A stretch of DNA of 60,134 nt, counting the filler. It is 4 parts of 4 records of this genome, joined end to end, with 100 filler letters (N's around TTAATTAATTAA, not from the genome) between each part and the next. Parts side by side here need not be neighbours in the genome. Positions count along the whole stretch, not along the records: positions 1 to 21,462 come from DRR378314_833; 3 more parts are not named here. The stretch is one strand, 5' to 3'. A model generated the notes under the pieces. It saw nothing but the letters and a program-made list of their open reading frames with translations. It searched no databases and had not been told where the DNA came from. The position numbers and the translations under genes were made by a program. This document shows, piece by piece, positions 9,933 through 19,206 of the stretch (within the stretch, counting starts at the first letter, position 1; the number at the start of each line of letters is the position of its first letter).

Positions 9933-10940
9933 ATGACCATCAAAGTTGGTATCAACGGATTTGGCCGCATTGGCCGCTGCACCCTTAACCACATCGCGGC
10001 TTCCGGGCGGGACGACATTCAGGTGGTCAAGTTGAACGCAACCGGCCCGCTCAGCACCGCTGCGCATCTGCTGAAATACGATTCTGTACATGGTCGCTTT
10101 CCGGGCACCGTGACCATCGACGAAAACGAACGGTATCTGAACCTTGGCCAGAACGACATTGAAGTGATGTCGAGCTACAACCTTGAGGAGCTGGACTGGT
10201 CCGGTTGTGATGTTGTTCTGGAATGCACCGGCAAATTCAACGATGGCAATAAGGCAAACGTTCATCTGGAACAGGGTGCGAAACGGGTGCTTCTCTCTGC
10301 CCCCGGTAAAAACGTTGACCGCACAGTGGTTTACGGCGTGAACCATGACACTTTGGTCAAAACCGACAAGATGATCTCAAACGGCTCCTGCACCACCAAC
10401 TGTCTGGCCCCGCTGGCCAAGGTAATGCATGAGGCCATTGGAATCGAAAGCGGTCTGATGACCACGATCCACAGCTACACCGGCGATCAACCCACATTGG
10501 ACCGGCGCCATTCGGATTTGTACCGTGCCCGCGCCGCTGCCATGGCCCTGATCCCGACCTCTACCGGTGCGGCCAAAGCCTTGGGTGAAGTCTATCCCGC
10601 GATGAAGGGCAAACTGGACGGCACCGCCATGCGTGTGCCGACACCGAATGTCAGCGCCGTCGACCTGACCTTTACCGCCTCGCGCGATGTGACCGTCGAA
10701 GAGGTGAACGCCGCCGCCAAAGCCGCTGCCAAAGGTCCGATGCAAGGTGTCTTGGGGTATGATCCTGAACAGAAGGTCAGCATCGACTTCAACCACACCG
10801 AAGAAAGCTGCATTTTCGCGCCGGACCAGACCATCGTTGTCGCAGGCCGCACCGTGCGTGTTCTGGGCTGGTATGACAATGAATGGGCGTTTTCGGTGCG
10901 GATGGCCGATGTTGCCGTCGCCATGGGCAATCTGGACTAA
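9933..10940 (+). CDS. gap: Type I glyceraldehyde-3-phosphate dehydrogenase, paralogue 1
   Basis: GINGFGRIGR, catalytic SCTTNC and WYDNEW motifs. Confidence 0.95.
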   Translation: MTIKVGINGFGRIGRCTLNHIAASGRDDIQVVKLNATGPLSTAAHLLKYDSVHGRFPGTVTIDENERYLNLGQNDIEVMSSYNLEELDWSGCDVVLECTGKFNDGNKANVHLEQGAKRVLLSAPGKNVDRTVVYGVNHDTLVKTDKMISNGSCTTNCLAPLAKVMHEAIGIESGLMTTIHSYTGDQPTLDRRHSDLYRARAAAMALIPTSTGAAKALGEVYPAMKGKLDGTAMRVPTPNVSAVDLTFTASRDVTVEEVNAAAKAAAKGPMQGVLGYDPEQKVSIDFNHTEESCIFAPDQTIVVAGRTVRVLGWYDNEWAFSVRMADVAVAMGNLD

Positions 10941-11009
10941 CGCCCCTGCCACTTGCGCGCCCCGTCCGCCCCTGTCATATCGGGACGGACCTTTGCGGAG
11001 CCTTGCCAA

Positions 11010-11153
11010 GTGACTAACCCCATCGCCATCTTTCTTGGAGTGTTCATTCTGGGTGCTCTGGTAATCGACGTGATGATGTTCGGCACGGAACATCTTATCT
11101 TCCTTGGGAAAAAGTTCTTCGAGCTGATCGAATGGATCGCTTTCTGGCGCTGA
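11010..11153 (+). CDS. Small membrane protein (47 aa)
   Basis: GTG start with GGAG upstream; MTNPIAIFLGVFILGALVIDVMMFG...EWIAFWR. Confidence 0.6.
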   Translation: MTNPIAIFLGVFILGALVIDVMMFGTEHLIFLGKKFFELIEWIAFWR

Positions 11154-11266
11154 CTGCTATCGCGCCGGTTAAATTGTATCGGTACTTGATTCCTGCCCTG
11201 CGCCCGTTGACATAGCCGGCCGGTTACCTTTTTTCTGGGTCAAGAATTTGATCAAAAGGTGACGCC

Positions 11267-12268
11267 ATGACAGTAAAACTGGCCATCAACGGCTTTGGGC
11301 GGATCGGCCGCAACGTATTGCGGGCCCTGACGGAACGCGGCATGGGCGATTTTGAGGTTGTCGCGATCAACGACCTTGCCCCACTTGAGACAAACGCGCA
11401 TCTGTTCGAGTTTGACTCCGTGCACGGGCGCTATGGCAAGCCGGTGACATTGGGCGACGGTACGATGGACGTGGGGTTCGGGCCGATGCGCGTCACAGCA
11501 GAGCGCGCACCGGACAAACTGCCCTGGGATGACGTCGATATTGCATTGGAATGCACCGGCTTCTTTCGCACACCGGATAAGGCGGCCCTGCACCTTGCCA
11601 ATGGGTCAAAACGTGTGCTGATCTCGGCACCTGCCAAAGGCGATGTGAAAACAGTAGTTTACGGCGTGAACCACGGGCTGATCAACGCAGATGACCGGAT
11701 CATCAGCAATGCCTCCTGCACCACCAATTGTCTTGTTCCGGCGGCGCATGTGCTGCACGAATCCTTTGGAATCCTGCGGGGGCATATGACCACCGTTCAC
11801 AGCTATACCGGTACCCAGCCGGTGCATGACCGGGCGCATAAAGACCTCTACCGCGCCCGTGCCGCCGCCCTGTCGATGATCCCAACCACGACCGGTGCGG
11901 CTGAGACCCTGGGCGTGGTCCTGCCCCAGCTTGACGGGTTGATCACCGGCACCGCCATCCGCGTGCCAACGCCAAATGTCTCTTGTTGTGATCTGGTGGT
12001 GGAACTGTCCCAAGATGCCAGCGAAGCAGAGATCAACGCGGCCATGGTGAAAGCCGCAACTGGCCCGTTAAACGGTGTGCTTGAAGTGACGGACCGCAAA
12101 CTGGTATCGACCGATTTCAACCACCATCCGGCCAGCGCCATTTTTGCCAGTGATCAAACCTCGGTCCAGAAAGGCAATCTGGCCCGCGTCTTGGTCTGGT
12201 ATGACAACGAGTGGGCGTTTTCCAACCGGATGCTGGATACAGCCACAGTCATGGCACAGTTTATCTAG
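11267..12268 (+). CDS. gap: Type I glyceraldehyde-3-phosphate dehydrogenase family, paralogue 2
   Basis: AINGFGRIGR, AINDL, ASCTTNC and WYDNEW motifs. Confidence 0.9.
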   Translation: MTVKLAINGFGRIGRNVLRALTERGMGDFEVVAINDLAPLETNAHLFEFDSVHGRYGKPVTLGDGTMDVGFGPMRVTAERAPDKLPWDDVDIALECTGFFRTPDKAALHLANGSKRVLISAPAKGDVKTVVYGVNHGLINADDRIISNASCTTNCLVPAAHVLHESFGILRGHMTTVHSYTGTQPVHDRAHKDLYRARAAALSMIPTTTGAAETLGVVLPQLDGLITGTAIRVPTPNVSCCDLVVELSQDASEAEINAAMVKAATGPLNGVLEVTDRKLVSTDFNHHPASAIFASDQTSVQKGNLARVLVWYDNEWAFSNRMLDTATVMAQFI

Positions 12269-12278
12269 GGGAACGGTC

Positions 12279-12773
12279 CTAGCTGGCGTATTTCGCCAAT
12301 ACCTTGGCTTCAACACGGGGGGTGACAAACTTGCTGATGTCCCCCTCCAGCCGGGCGATTTCCTTGACCAGTTTACTGGCAATCGCCTGACGTTGTGCTT
12401 CCGCCATCAGAAACACGGTTTCGATTGAATCATCCAACTGGCGGTTCATGCCAACCATCTGGTATTCATATTCAAAATCCGCCACTGCCCGTAAACCACG
12501 CACAATCATCTGAGCCCCGACATCACGGGCACAGTCAATCAGCAGATTTTCGAAAGGGTGAACAACAATCTCTACCCCGGTCTGTTTGGCAAGGGTGACA
12601 CATTCCGCTTCGATCATCGCAACCCGTTCTTCCAGGTTGAACAACGGCCCCTTGTCGCGGTTGATCGCAACCCCGATCACCAGTTTGTCCACCAGCGTCG
12701 AAGCACGGCGAATGATGTCTATATGCCCCAGGGTAATGGGATCGAAAGTGCCGGGGTAAAGGCCAATGCGCAT
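12279..12773 (-). CDS. coaD: Phosphopantetheine adenylyltransferase
   Basis: YPGTFDPITLGH, RGLRAVADFEYE and SKLVKEIA motifs. Confidence 0.97.
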   Translation of the reverse strand: MRIGLYPGTFDPITLGHIDIIRRASTLVDKLVIGVAINRDKGPLFNLEERVAMIEAECVTLAKQTGVEIVVHPFENLLIDCARDVGAQMIVRGLRAVADFEYEYQMVGMNRQLDDSIETVFLMAEAQRQAIASKLVKEIARLEGDISKFVTPRVEAKVLAKYAS

Positions 12774-12854
12774 AGGGCTTCCTGACTGTCAATTCGATTT
12801 GGTGGCTCAATGTCGACCGCAAGCAACCACGCGGCGCAGCCGGGCGCAAGTCGA

Positions 12855-13289
12855 TTAATGCCCCATGATCATCCCTTCGAGTGCATCTTTCTCCATCGCC
12901 AGTTCGGACAGGCGCGCCTTGACCACATCGCCAAGGCTGATCAATCCGACAAGTTTGCCCTCGTCCAGCACCGGCATATGGCGAAAACGCCCCTCGGTCA
13001 TCTTTTGCAGAATTTCATCCGCACGATCATCCCGACCACAGGTCACCAACTTGGTGGTCATCAGCTTGTCCACGGTCAGCGACAAGCACCCAGCCCCTTC
13101 CCGACCCAGTTCGCGGACAATGTCACGTTCCGACAAGATGCCGTCAGGCGTCGTGCCATTTGAGGAAATCACCAATGTCCCGATGCGTTTTTCCGATAAC
13201 ACCTTTGCGGCCTCGGAAATCAACATCGTTGGCAAGGACGTCACCACGGCATCATCCGATTTAGACTTCAGAATCTGTGAGACAAGCAT
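12855..13289 (-). CDS. CBS-domain pair protein
   Basis: GILSERDIVR, RFRHMPV and GLISLGDVVK motifs. Start at MLVSQIL. Confidence 0.9.
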   Translation of the reverse strand: MLVSQILKSKSDDAVVTSLPTMLISEAAKVLSEKRIGTLVISSNGTTPDGILSERDIVRELGREGAGCLSLTVDKLMTTKLVTCGRDDRADEILQKMTEGRFRHMPVLDEGKLVGLISLGDVVKARLSELAMEKDALEGMIMGH

Positions 13290-13350
13290 GCAAGTTTCTC
13301 CTGTTTGACCACCCATGGTATCCAAAGGTCCGCCAGAAACTGCATGGGAG

Positions 13351-14247
13351 TCAAGCTTTTGCCTCCAGTAATTGAACTTCATTGCGCAAAGCACCGCTTA
13401 GAATTTCGGCAAAGCGGCGCAACCTGTGGTTCTTTTGATCATCCACATGACGGATCAGGTAAAACGCCCGTTTCAGCGAAACTTCCTCTGTCAGGATACG
13501 TTCCACACCCGGCAGAAACGGCAGGGCAAAGTCGTGAACCACCCCAACGCCACCGCCCTGCTGGATCATATGCGCCTGCACAGAGACCGAATTTGACCCC
13601 AAGGCGACCCGTCCCAACCCCAGATCCGCCAGATAATCCAATTCCCGGTCAAAGATCATATCAGCGATATAGCCGACAATCCTGTGCCCTTTCAGCGCGG
13701 CAACAGTTTTGATCGGGCCATGCGCGGAAAGATATTCTGCCGAAGCCGCCAGATGCAGATGATAGTCACTGATTTTCTGTACCGTTAGACGCCCGGCGTC
13801 AGGCGCGCTGACCGCAATTGCCATATCCGCCTCGCGCCGCGACAGGTTAAAGACGCGGGGCAATGCGACAATCTGAATGTCCAACCCCGGATGATCCGCC
13901 GCAATTCGGGCGCATACCTGCGGCAAAAGGAAATTGGCGCTGCCATCCGGTGCCCCAATCCGAATTTGTCCGGTCAGACGGTCGCTGGAGGCTGCCACAT
14001 CCGCCGTCGCCTTGCGCATGGCCTGTTCCGCGACTTCCGCACGTTCCAGCAACTGCGCACCCGCGTCGGTCAAGGCATAGCCCTGCGGTGACTTCACAAA
14101 CAACACCGCCTCCAACGCCTTCTCCAGCCGTGCCACCCGCCGGCCCAAGGTCGCCGGATCAAGCCGGACCAATTTGCCTGCCCCCGACAGGCTTTGCTCG
14201 CGTGCCACGGCCAGAAACAACCGCAAATCATCCCAATTATGCGCCAC
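13351..14247 (-). CDS. LysR-family regulator, divergent from mmsA
   Basis: NWDDLRLFLAVAR HTH and LSRREADMAI substrate-binding motif. Confidence 0.92.
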   Translation of the reverse strand: MAHNWDDLRLFLAVAREQSLSGAGKLVRLDPATLGRRVARLEKALEAVLFVKSPQGYALTDAGAQLLERAEVAEQAMRKATADVAASSDRLTGQIRIGAPDGSANFLLPQVCARIAADHPGLDIQIVALPRVFNLSRREADMAIAVSAPDAGRLTVQKISDYHLHLAASAEYLSAHGPIKTVAALKGHRIVGYIADMIFDRELDYLADLGLGRVALGSNSVSVQAHMIQQGGGVGVVHDFALPFLPGVERILTEEVSLKRAFYLIRHVDDQKNHRLRRFAEILSGALRNEVQLLEAKA

Positions 14248-14300
14248 GCCCCACCTTCATCTTGCCCCTAAACTCATCTGCGTTTTCAACATAGGGAACC

Positions 14301-14316
14301 TTTGCAAAAATGCAAA
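14301..14316. promoter_or_regulatory. Candidate LysR binding site TTTGCA-AAAA-TGCAAA
   Basis: Palindrome containing T-N11-A in the LysR/mmsA divergent spacer. A related TTGCA-N7-TGCAA lies at 16009-16025, before the acyl-CoA dehydrogenase gene. Confidence 0.45.
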
Positions 14317-14388
14317 ACCACTTTGTCAAACTGCCCCTTTCCCAGACCTTTTTGCAAGACTACAGTGCGGTCAACTCAGGAGGAACCC

Positions 14389-15888
14389 ATGCAAGAACTT
14401 ACCCACTATCTAAACGGTGCCCATGTCAAAGGCACTTCAGGACGTTTCGCAGATGTAATGAACCCTGCGACAGGCGAAGTGCAGGCGAAATGCCCGCTCG
14501 CGTCGAAAGAAGAACTGGAACAGGCCGTCGCCTTCGCCGCTGCCGCACAGCCCGCTTGGGCCGCCACCAACCCACAGCGCCGCGCGCGGGTGTTGATGAA
14601 ACTGGTTTCCCTGTTGAACCGCGACATGGACAAACTGGCCGAAGCCCTGTCACGCGAACATGGTAAAACCCTGCCAGATGCTGCCGGTGACGTGCAGCGG
14701 GGCCTTGAAGTGGTTGAATATTGCATCGGTGCGCCCGAGCTGTTGAAAGGCGAATATACCGACTCCGCAGGCCCCGGTATCGACATGTATTCCATGCGTC
14801 AGGCCCTTGGTGTGACTGCCGGTATTACCCCGTTCAACTTCCCCGCGATGATCCCGATGTGGATGTTCGCACCCGCCATCGCTTGCGGGAACGCCTTTAT
14901 CCTGAAACCTTCCGAACGTGATCCTTCTGTGCCCCTGATGCTTGCAGAACTGGCCGAGGAAGCGGGCCTGCCCAAAGGCATTCTTCAGGTGGTGAACGGT
15001 GACAAGGAAGCGGTCGACGCGATCCTTTACAACGACACCATCCAATCGGTTGGCTTTGTCGGCTCAACCCCGATTGCAGAATATATCTATGGCACGGGCT
15101 GTGCGCAGGGCAAACGGGTCCAGTGTTTTGGCGGCGCGAAAAACCACATGATCATCATGCCGGATGCCGATATGGCCCAGGCCGCTGATGCTTTGATCGG
15201 CGCAGGCTACGGCGCGGCTGGCGAACGCTGCATGGCAATCTCGGTTGCCGTCCCTGTGGGCGATGAGACAGCTGACAAGCTGATCAAGGAACTGGTGCCG
15301 CGCATCGAAAGCCTGAAAGTCGGTCCTTACACCTCGGGCAAAGACGTGGATTACGGCCCTGTTGTGACCGCCGCAGCCAAGGCCAATATCGAACGGCTGG
15401 TGCAAACCGGCATTGATCAAGGTGCCGAACTTGTGGTCGACGGTCGCGACTTCAAATTGCAGGGTTATGAAGACGGTTATTTTGTTGGGCCGCACCTGTT
15501 TGACCGGGCGACCAAGGACATGGACATCTACAAGCACGAGATTTTCGGCCCGGTCCTGACCTGTGTGCGGGCGCAGAGCTATGAAGAGGCCATCGGCCTC
15601 GCCATGGATCATGAATATGGCAATGGCACCGCGATCTTTACCCGCGATGGTGACGCGGCGCGTGACTTTGCCAACCGGATCAATGTGGGCATGGTTGGCA
15701 TCAACGTGCCAATCCCTGTTCCGCTGGCCTATCACACCTTTGGGGGCTGGAAAAAATCCGTCTTTGGCGATTTGAACCAGCATGGGCCGGATGCGTTCAA
15801 ATTCTACACCCGCACCAAGACCGTGACGGCACGCTGGCCTTCAGGCATCAAAGAAGGTGGCGAGTTTTCAATTCCTGTCATGGAATAA
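14389..15888 (+). CDS. mmsA: CoA-acylating methylmalonate-semialdehyde dehydrogenase
   Basis: ITPFNFPAMIP, GAKNH, GAAGERCMA and EIFGPV motifs; AGGAGG RBS before MQELTHY. Confidence 0.95.
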   Translation: MQELTHYLNGAHVKGTSGRFADVMNPATGEVQAKCPLASKEELEQAVAFAAAAQPAWAATNPQRRARVLMKLVSLLNRDMDKLAEALSREHGKTLPDAAGDVQRGLEVVEYCIGAPELLKGEYTDSAGPGIDMYSMRQALGVTAGITPFNFPAMIPMWMFAPAIACGNAFILKPSERDPSVPLMLAELAEEAGLPKGILQVVNGDKEAVDAILYNDTIQSVGFVGSTPIAEYIYGTGCAQGKRVQCFGGAKNHMIIMPDADMAQAADALIGAGYGAAGERCMAISVAVPVGDETADKLIKELVPRIESLKVGPYTSGKDVDYGPVVTAAAKANIERLVQTGIDQGAELVVDGRDFKLQGYEDGYFVGPHLFDRATKDMDIYKHEIFGPVLTCVRAQSYEEAIGLAMDHEYGNGTAIFTRDGDAARDFANRINVGMVGINVPIPVPLAYHTFGGWKKSVFGDLNQHGPDAFKFYTRTKTVTARWPSGIKEGGEFSIPVME

Positions 15889-15894
15889 AAGACC

Positions 15895-15917
15895 GGGGTG
15901 GGCCCAAGGCCCACCCC
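15895..15917. terminator. GC-rich hairpin after mmsA (terminator or mRNA-stabilising stem)
   Basis: GGGGTGGGCC-CAA-GGCCCACCCC; no U-tract on the + strand. Confidence 0.5.
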
Positions 15918-16069
15918 AAACCCAAATTTCAACTGATGTGTCCAGTGTGTGAAGGCGGGATTGAGTTATTGGCATGATGAAATCAGCCCCAAGCGGCAAT
16001 CACTGCCCTTGCAAAATTTCTGCAAACATTAGAATTTAACACTCGTTCATTAAACCAGCGGAGCGCATC

Positions 16070-17212
16070 ATGGATTTTGCACTGAGTGACGAACAGACAG
16101 CGATTTTTGACATGGCCTATGCCTTTGGTCAGGAAAACATCGCGCCCTTTGCCCAGCAGTGGGAAAAAGACGAGACCATCCCGAAGGATCTGTGGCCGCG
16201 TATCGCGGAACTGGGGTTTGGCGGGCTTTACGTCTCTGAAGAGGCGGGTGGCTCTGACCTGACTCGTCTGGATGCGACATTGGTGTTTGAAGCGCTCTCC
16301 ATGGCCTGCCCTTCTGTGGCGGCCTTTCTGTCGATCCATAACATGTGCGCAAAGATGCTGGACAGCTTTGCCGATGATGATCTGAAGGCACGGGTCATGC
16401 CAGATGTCCTGTCGATGAACACCGTGCTCAGCTATTGCCTGACCGAACCGGGCTCTGGTTCAGATGCCGCGGCGCTGAAGACGAAGGCAACACGCACAAA
16501 CGAAGGATACAGCCTGAACGGCACCAAGGCGTTCATTTCCGGCGGCGGATATTCAGACGCTTATGTCTGCATGGTGCGCACTTCGGAAGACGGGGCCGCG
16601 GGTGTTTCAACCGTCTATGTGGAAGACGGCACTGACGGGCTGTCCTTTGGTGGTCTGGAAGATAAAATGGGCTGGCGCAGCCAACCAACCTCGCAGGTGC
16701 AATTCGACGATTGCAACATTCCCGCCGGAAATCTGGTGGGAGAAGAGGGAAAAGGTTTCAAATATGCGATGATGGGCCTTGATGGCGGGCGTTTGAATAT
16801 TTCGGCCTGTTCACTGGGTGCAGCACAAACCGCATTGAACAAAACGCTGGAATATATGGGTGAACGACGGGCCTTTGGCAAACCCATCGACCAGTTTCAG
16901 GGGCTGCAATTCCGCCTTGCGGACATGGAAATCGAACTTCAGGCCGCGCGGGTCTTCCTGCGTCAAGCGGCATGGAAACTGGACTCCGGCGCGCCGGATG
17001 CCACCAAGTTCTGTGCCATGGCCAAGAAGTTTGTAACTGAAACCGGCAGCAAAGTTGTGGATCAATGTCTGCAATTGCACGGCGGCTACGGGTACCTTGC
17101 GGATTATGGCATCGAAAAGCTGGTGCGGGATCTGCGGGTGCATCAAATTCTTGAAGGGACCAATGAGATCATGCGTGTGATCGTATCCCGCGATATGTTG
17201 AAGAACAGATGA
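16070..17212 (+). CDS. Isobutyryl-CoA dehydrogenase (ACAD8-like acyl-CoA dehydrogenase)
   Basis: YCLTEPGSGSDAA, LQLHGGYGY and HQILEGTNEIMR motifs; valine-catabolism context. Confidence 0.88.
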   Translation: MDFALSDEQTAIFDMAYAFGQENIAPFAQQWEKDETIPKDLWPRIAELGFGGLYVSEEAGGSDLTRLDATLVFEALSMACPSVAAFLSIHNMCAKMLDSFADDDLKARVMPDVLSMNTVLSYCLTEPGSGSDAAALKTKATRTNEGYSLNGTKAFISGGGYSDAYVCMVRTSEDGAAGVSTVYVEDGTDGLSFGGLEDKMGWRSQPTSQVQFDDCNIPAGNLVGEEGKGFKYAMMGLDGGRLNISACSLGAAQTALNKTLEYMGERRAFGKPIDQFQGLQFRLADMEIELQAARVFLRQAAWKLDSGAPDATKFCAMAKKFVTETGSKVVDQCLQLHGGYGYLADYGIEKLVRDLRVHQILEGTNEIMRVIVSRDMLKNR

Positions 17213-18240
17213 GCGATATTGATATTCGCATTGAAGGCCATGCCGGTCGGATCACCTTGAACCGACCTAAGGCATTGAATGCAATGACTTATGAGATGTG
17301 CCTGGCGATTGAGGCAGCGTTTGACCAATGGCGCGATGATGACGCGGTGCAGCTGGTCCTGTTTGATGCTGCGGGTGACCGCGCCTTTTGCTCTGGCGGT
17401 GACATTGCGGATCTCTATGAACAGGGGACGAAGGGCAACTTCGCTTATGGGCAGAAGTTCTGGGCGGATGAATACCGTCTGAACCACAAGATTTTCACCT
17501 ATCCGAAACCTGTTATCTCCTTTTTGCAGGGGTACACCATGGGCGGCGGTGTTGGCATCGGCTGTCATGGATCACACCGCATCGTGGGCGAAAGCAGCCA
17601 AATTGCCATGCCCGAATGTGGCATCGGTCTTGTGCCGGATGTCGGCGGCTCGCTGTTGCTCGCACTCGCACCGGGACGGCTTGGTGAATACCTAGGTATC
17701 ACAGCAACGCGCATGGGACCAAAGGATGCAATTTTTGCAGGTTTTGCAGACGATTACATCCCAGAGTTACACTGGCCAGACCTGATCGGAAAGCTGACGC
17801 AGACAGGTGACCCTGATGTCATTTCGCAGGCGGCAAAGCCCGCCAGCGGCGGGACATTCGAAGGTCAGATGGCGCAGATCAACACCCTGTTTGCCGGTGA
17901 AACCCTATCGGATATCCTGACGGATCTGCGTCATGCCTCCGGCAGCTTTGCCGAAGCGGCGCTTAAAATGATCGGGCGCAGCTCCCCGCTCTCTGCCGCT
18001 TGTACGGTGGAAATGATGCATCGTTTGCGCGGCCCAAGCTTGAGTATGGAAAAAGCGCTGGAGCTGGAGTACCGCTTTACCTATCGCGCCTCTGAACATG
18101 GCGATTTCCTTGAAGGGATCCGCGCCGCCATCATCGACAAAGACCGCAAGCCCAAATGGCAATATGCGGATGCTGACGTGCCCCTCGCTGCCGTCGCCAA
18201 AATGCTGCAACCCTTGGGTGCGCAGGCCCTCAAACTTTAG
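17209..18240 (+). CDS. 3-hydroxyisobutyryl-CoA hydrolase (crotonase family)
   Basis: LNRPKALNA, FCSGGD, MGGGVG, AMPECGIGLVPDVG and DFLEGIRA motifs. Confidence 0.9.
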   Translation: MSDIDIRIEGHAGRITLNRPKALNAMTYEMCLAIEAAFDQWRDDDAVQLVLFDAAGDRAFCSGGDIADLYEQGTKGNFAYGQKFWADEYRLNHKIFTYPKPVISFLQGYTMGGGVGIGCHGSHRIVGESSQIAMPECGIGLVPDVGGSLLLALAPGRLGEYLGITATRMGPKDAIFAGFADDYIPELHWPDLIGKLTQTGDPDVISQAAKPASGGTFEGQMAQINTLFAGETLSDILTDLRHASGSFAEAALKMIGRSSPLSAACTVEMMHRLRGPSLSMEKALELEYRFTYRASEHGDFLEGIRAAIIDKDRKPKWQYADADVPLAAVAKMLQPLGAQALKL

Positions 18241-18249
18241 GAGATCCCC

Positions 18250-19134
18250 ATGACCCCTCTCAAAATCGGTTTCATCGGACTGGGCAATATGGGCGCGCCC
18301 ATGGCCAGTAATCTGGCCGCCGCAGGACATAGTGTGACCGGGTTTGACGTCGCAGGCGCAGAGGCGAAAGACGTCACATCCGCGCAAAACCTTGCGGAGG
18401 CTGTGACGGATGCCGATGTGGTAATCACGATGTTGCCAAACGGTTCGATTTTGCGGCAGGTCGCCGCGCAGGCCTTTGCCGATATGAAACAGGGCGCGCT
18501 GTTTATCGACTGTTCCACCGTGGATGTAGAGAGCGCCCGCAACACATCGGAAGCTGCTGAAAAATCAGGGTTTCTTGCTGTGGATGCGCCGGTCTCCGGT
18601 GGGATCGGCGGGGCCGCCGGCGGAACATTGACCTTTATGGCCGGGGGCACGGTTGATGCCTTTGCCAAAGCGGCACCCCTCTTTGATATCATGGGGCAAA
18701 AAGCGGTGCATTGTGGTGAAGCCGGTGCCGGACAAGCCGCTAAAATCTGCAATAACATGATCCTCGGGGCGACAATGATCGCCACCTGCGAGGCCTTTGC
18801 GCTTGCCGACAAGCTGGGCCTTGATCGCCAGAAGATGTTTGATGTTGTCAGCACTTCCTCAGGCTATTCATGGTCGATGAACGCCTATTGCCCTGCCCCC
18901 GGTGTCGGGCCAACCTCCCCTGCTGACAATGACTATAAACCCGGCTTCGCGGCCGAGTTGATGTTGAAAGACCTTGGATTAAGCCAGCAAGCCGCAGAAG
19001 CCGTAAATGCGGATACACCGATGGGTGCCCTTGCCCTGTCCCTGTACCGCCAGTTCGTCGAGGAAGAAGACGGCATGGGGCGCGATTTCTCGGCCATGTT
19101 GCCGCGCCTTTCAGCGCGCAACCGCGACAGCTAG
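18250..19134 (+). CDS. mmsB: 3-hydroxyisobutyrate dehydrogenase
   Basis: FIGLGNMGAPMA, DAPVSGG, KICNNM and GFAAELMLKDL motifs. Confidence 0.95.
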   Translation: MTPLKIGFIGLGNMGAPMASNLAAAGHSVTGFDVAGAEAKDVTSAQNLAEAVTDADVVITMLPNGSILRQVAAQAFADMKQGALFIDCSTVDVESARNTSEAAEKSGFLAVDAPVSGGIGGAAGGTLTFMAGGTVDAFAKAAPLFDIMGQKAVHCGEAGAGQAAKICNNMILGATMIATCEAFALADKLGLDRQKMFDVVSTSSGYSWSMNAYCPAPGVGPTSPADNDYKPGFAAELMLKDLGLSQQAAEAVNADTPMGALALSLYRQFVEEEDGMGRDFSAMLPRLSARNRDS

Positions 19135-19206
19135 GGTCGCAAAACGGCATTTTTGGCGCGTGGTGAAGGGGCTAGGCTGGGGTCACCCCTGTTGGAGCCT
19201 GCCGCC

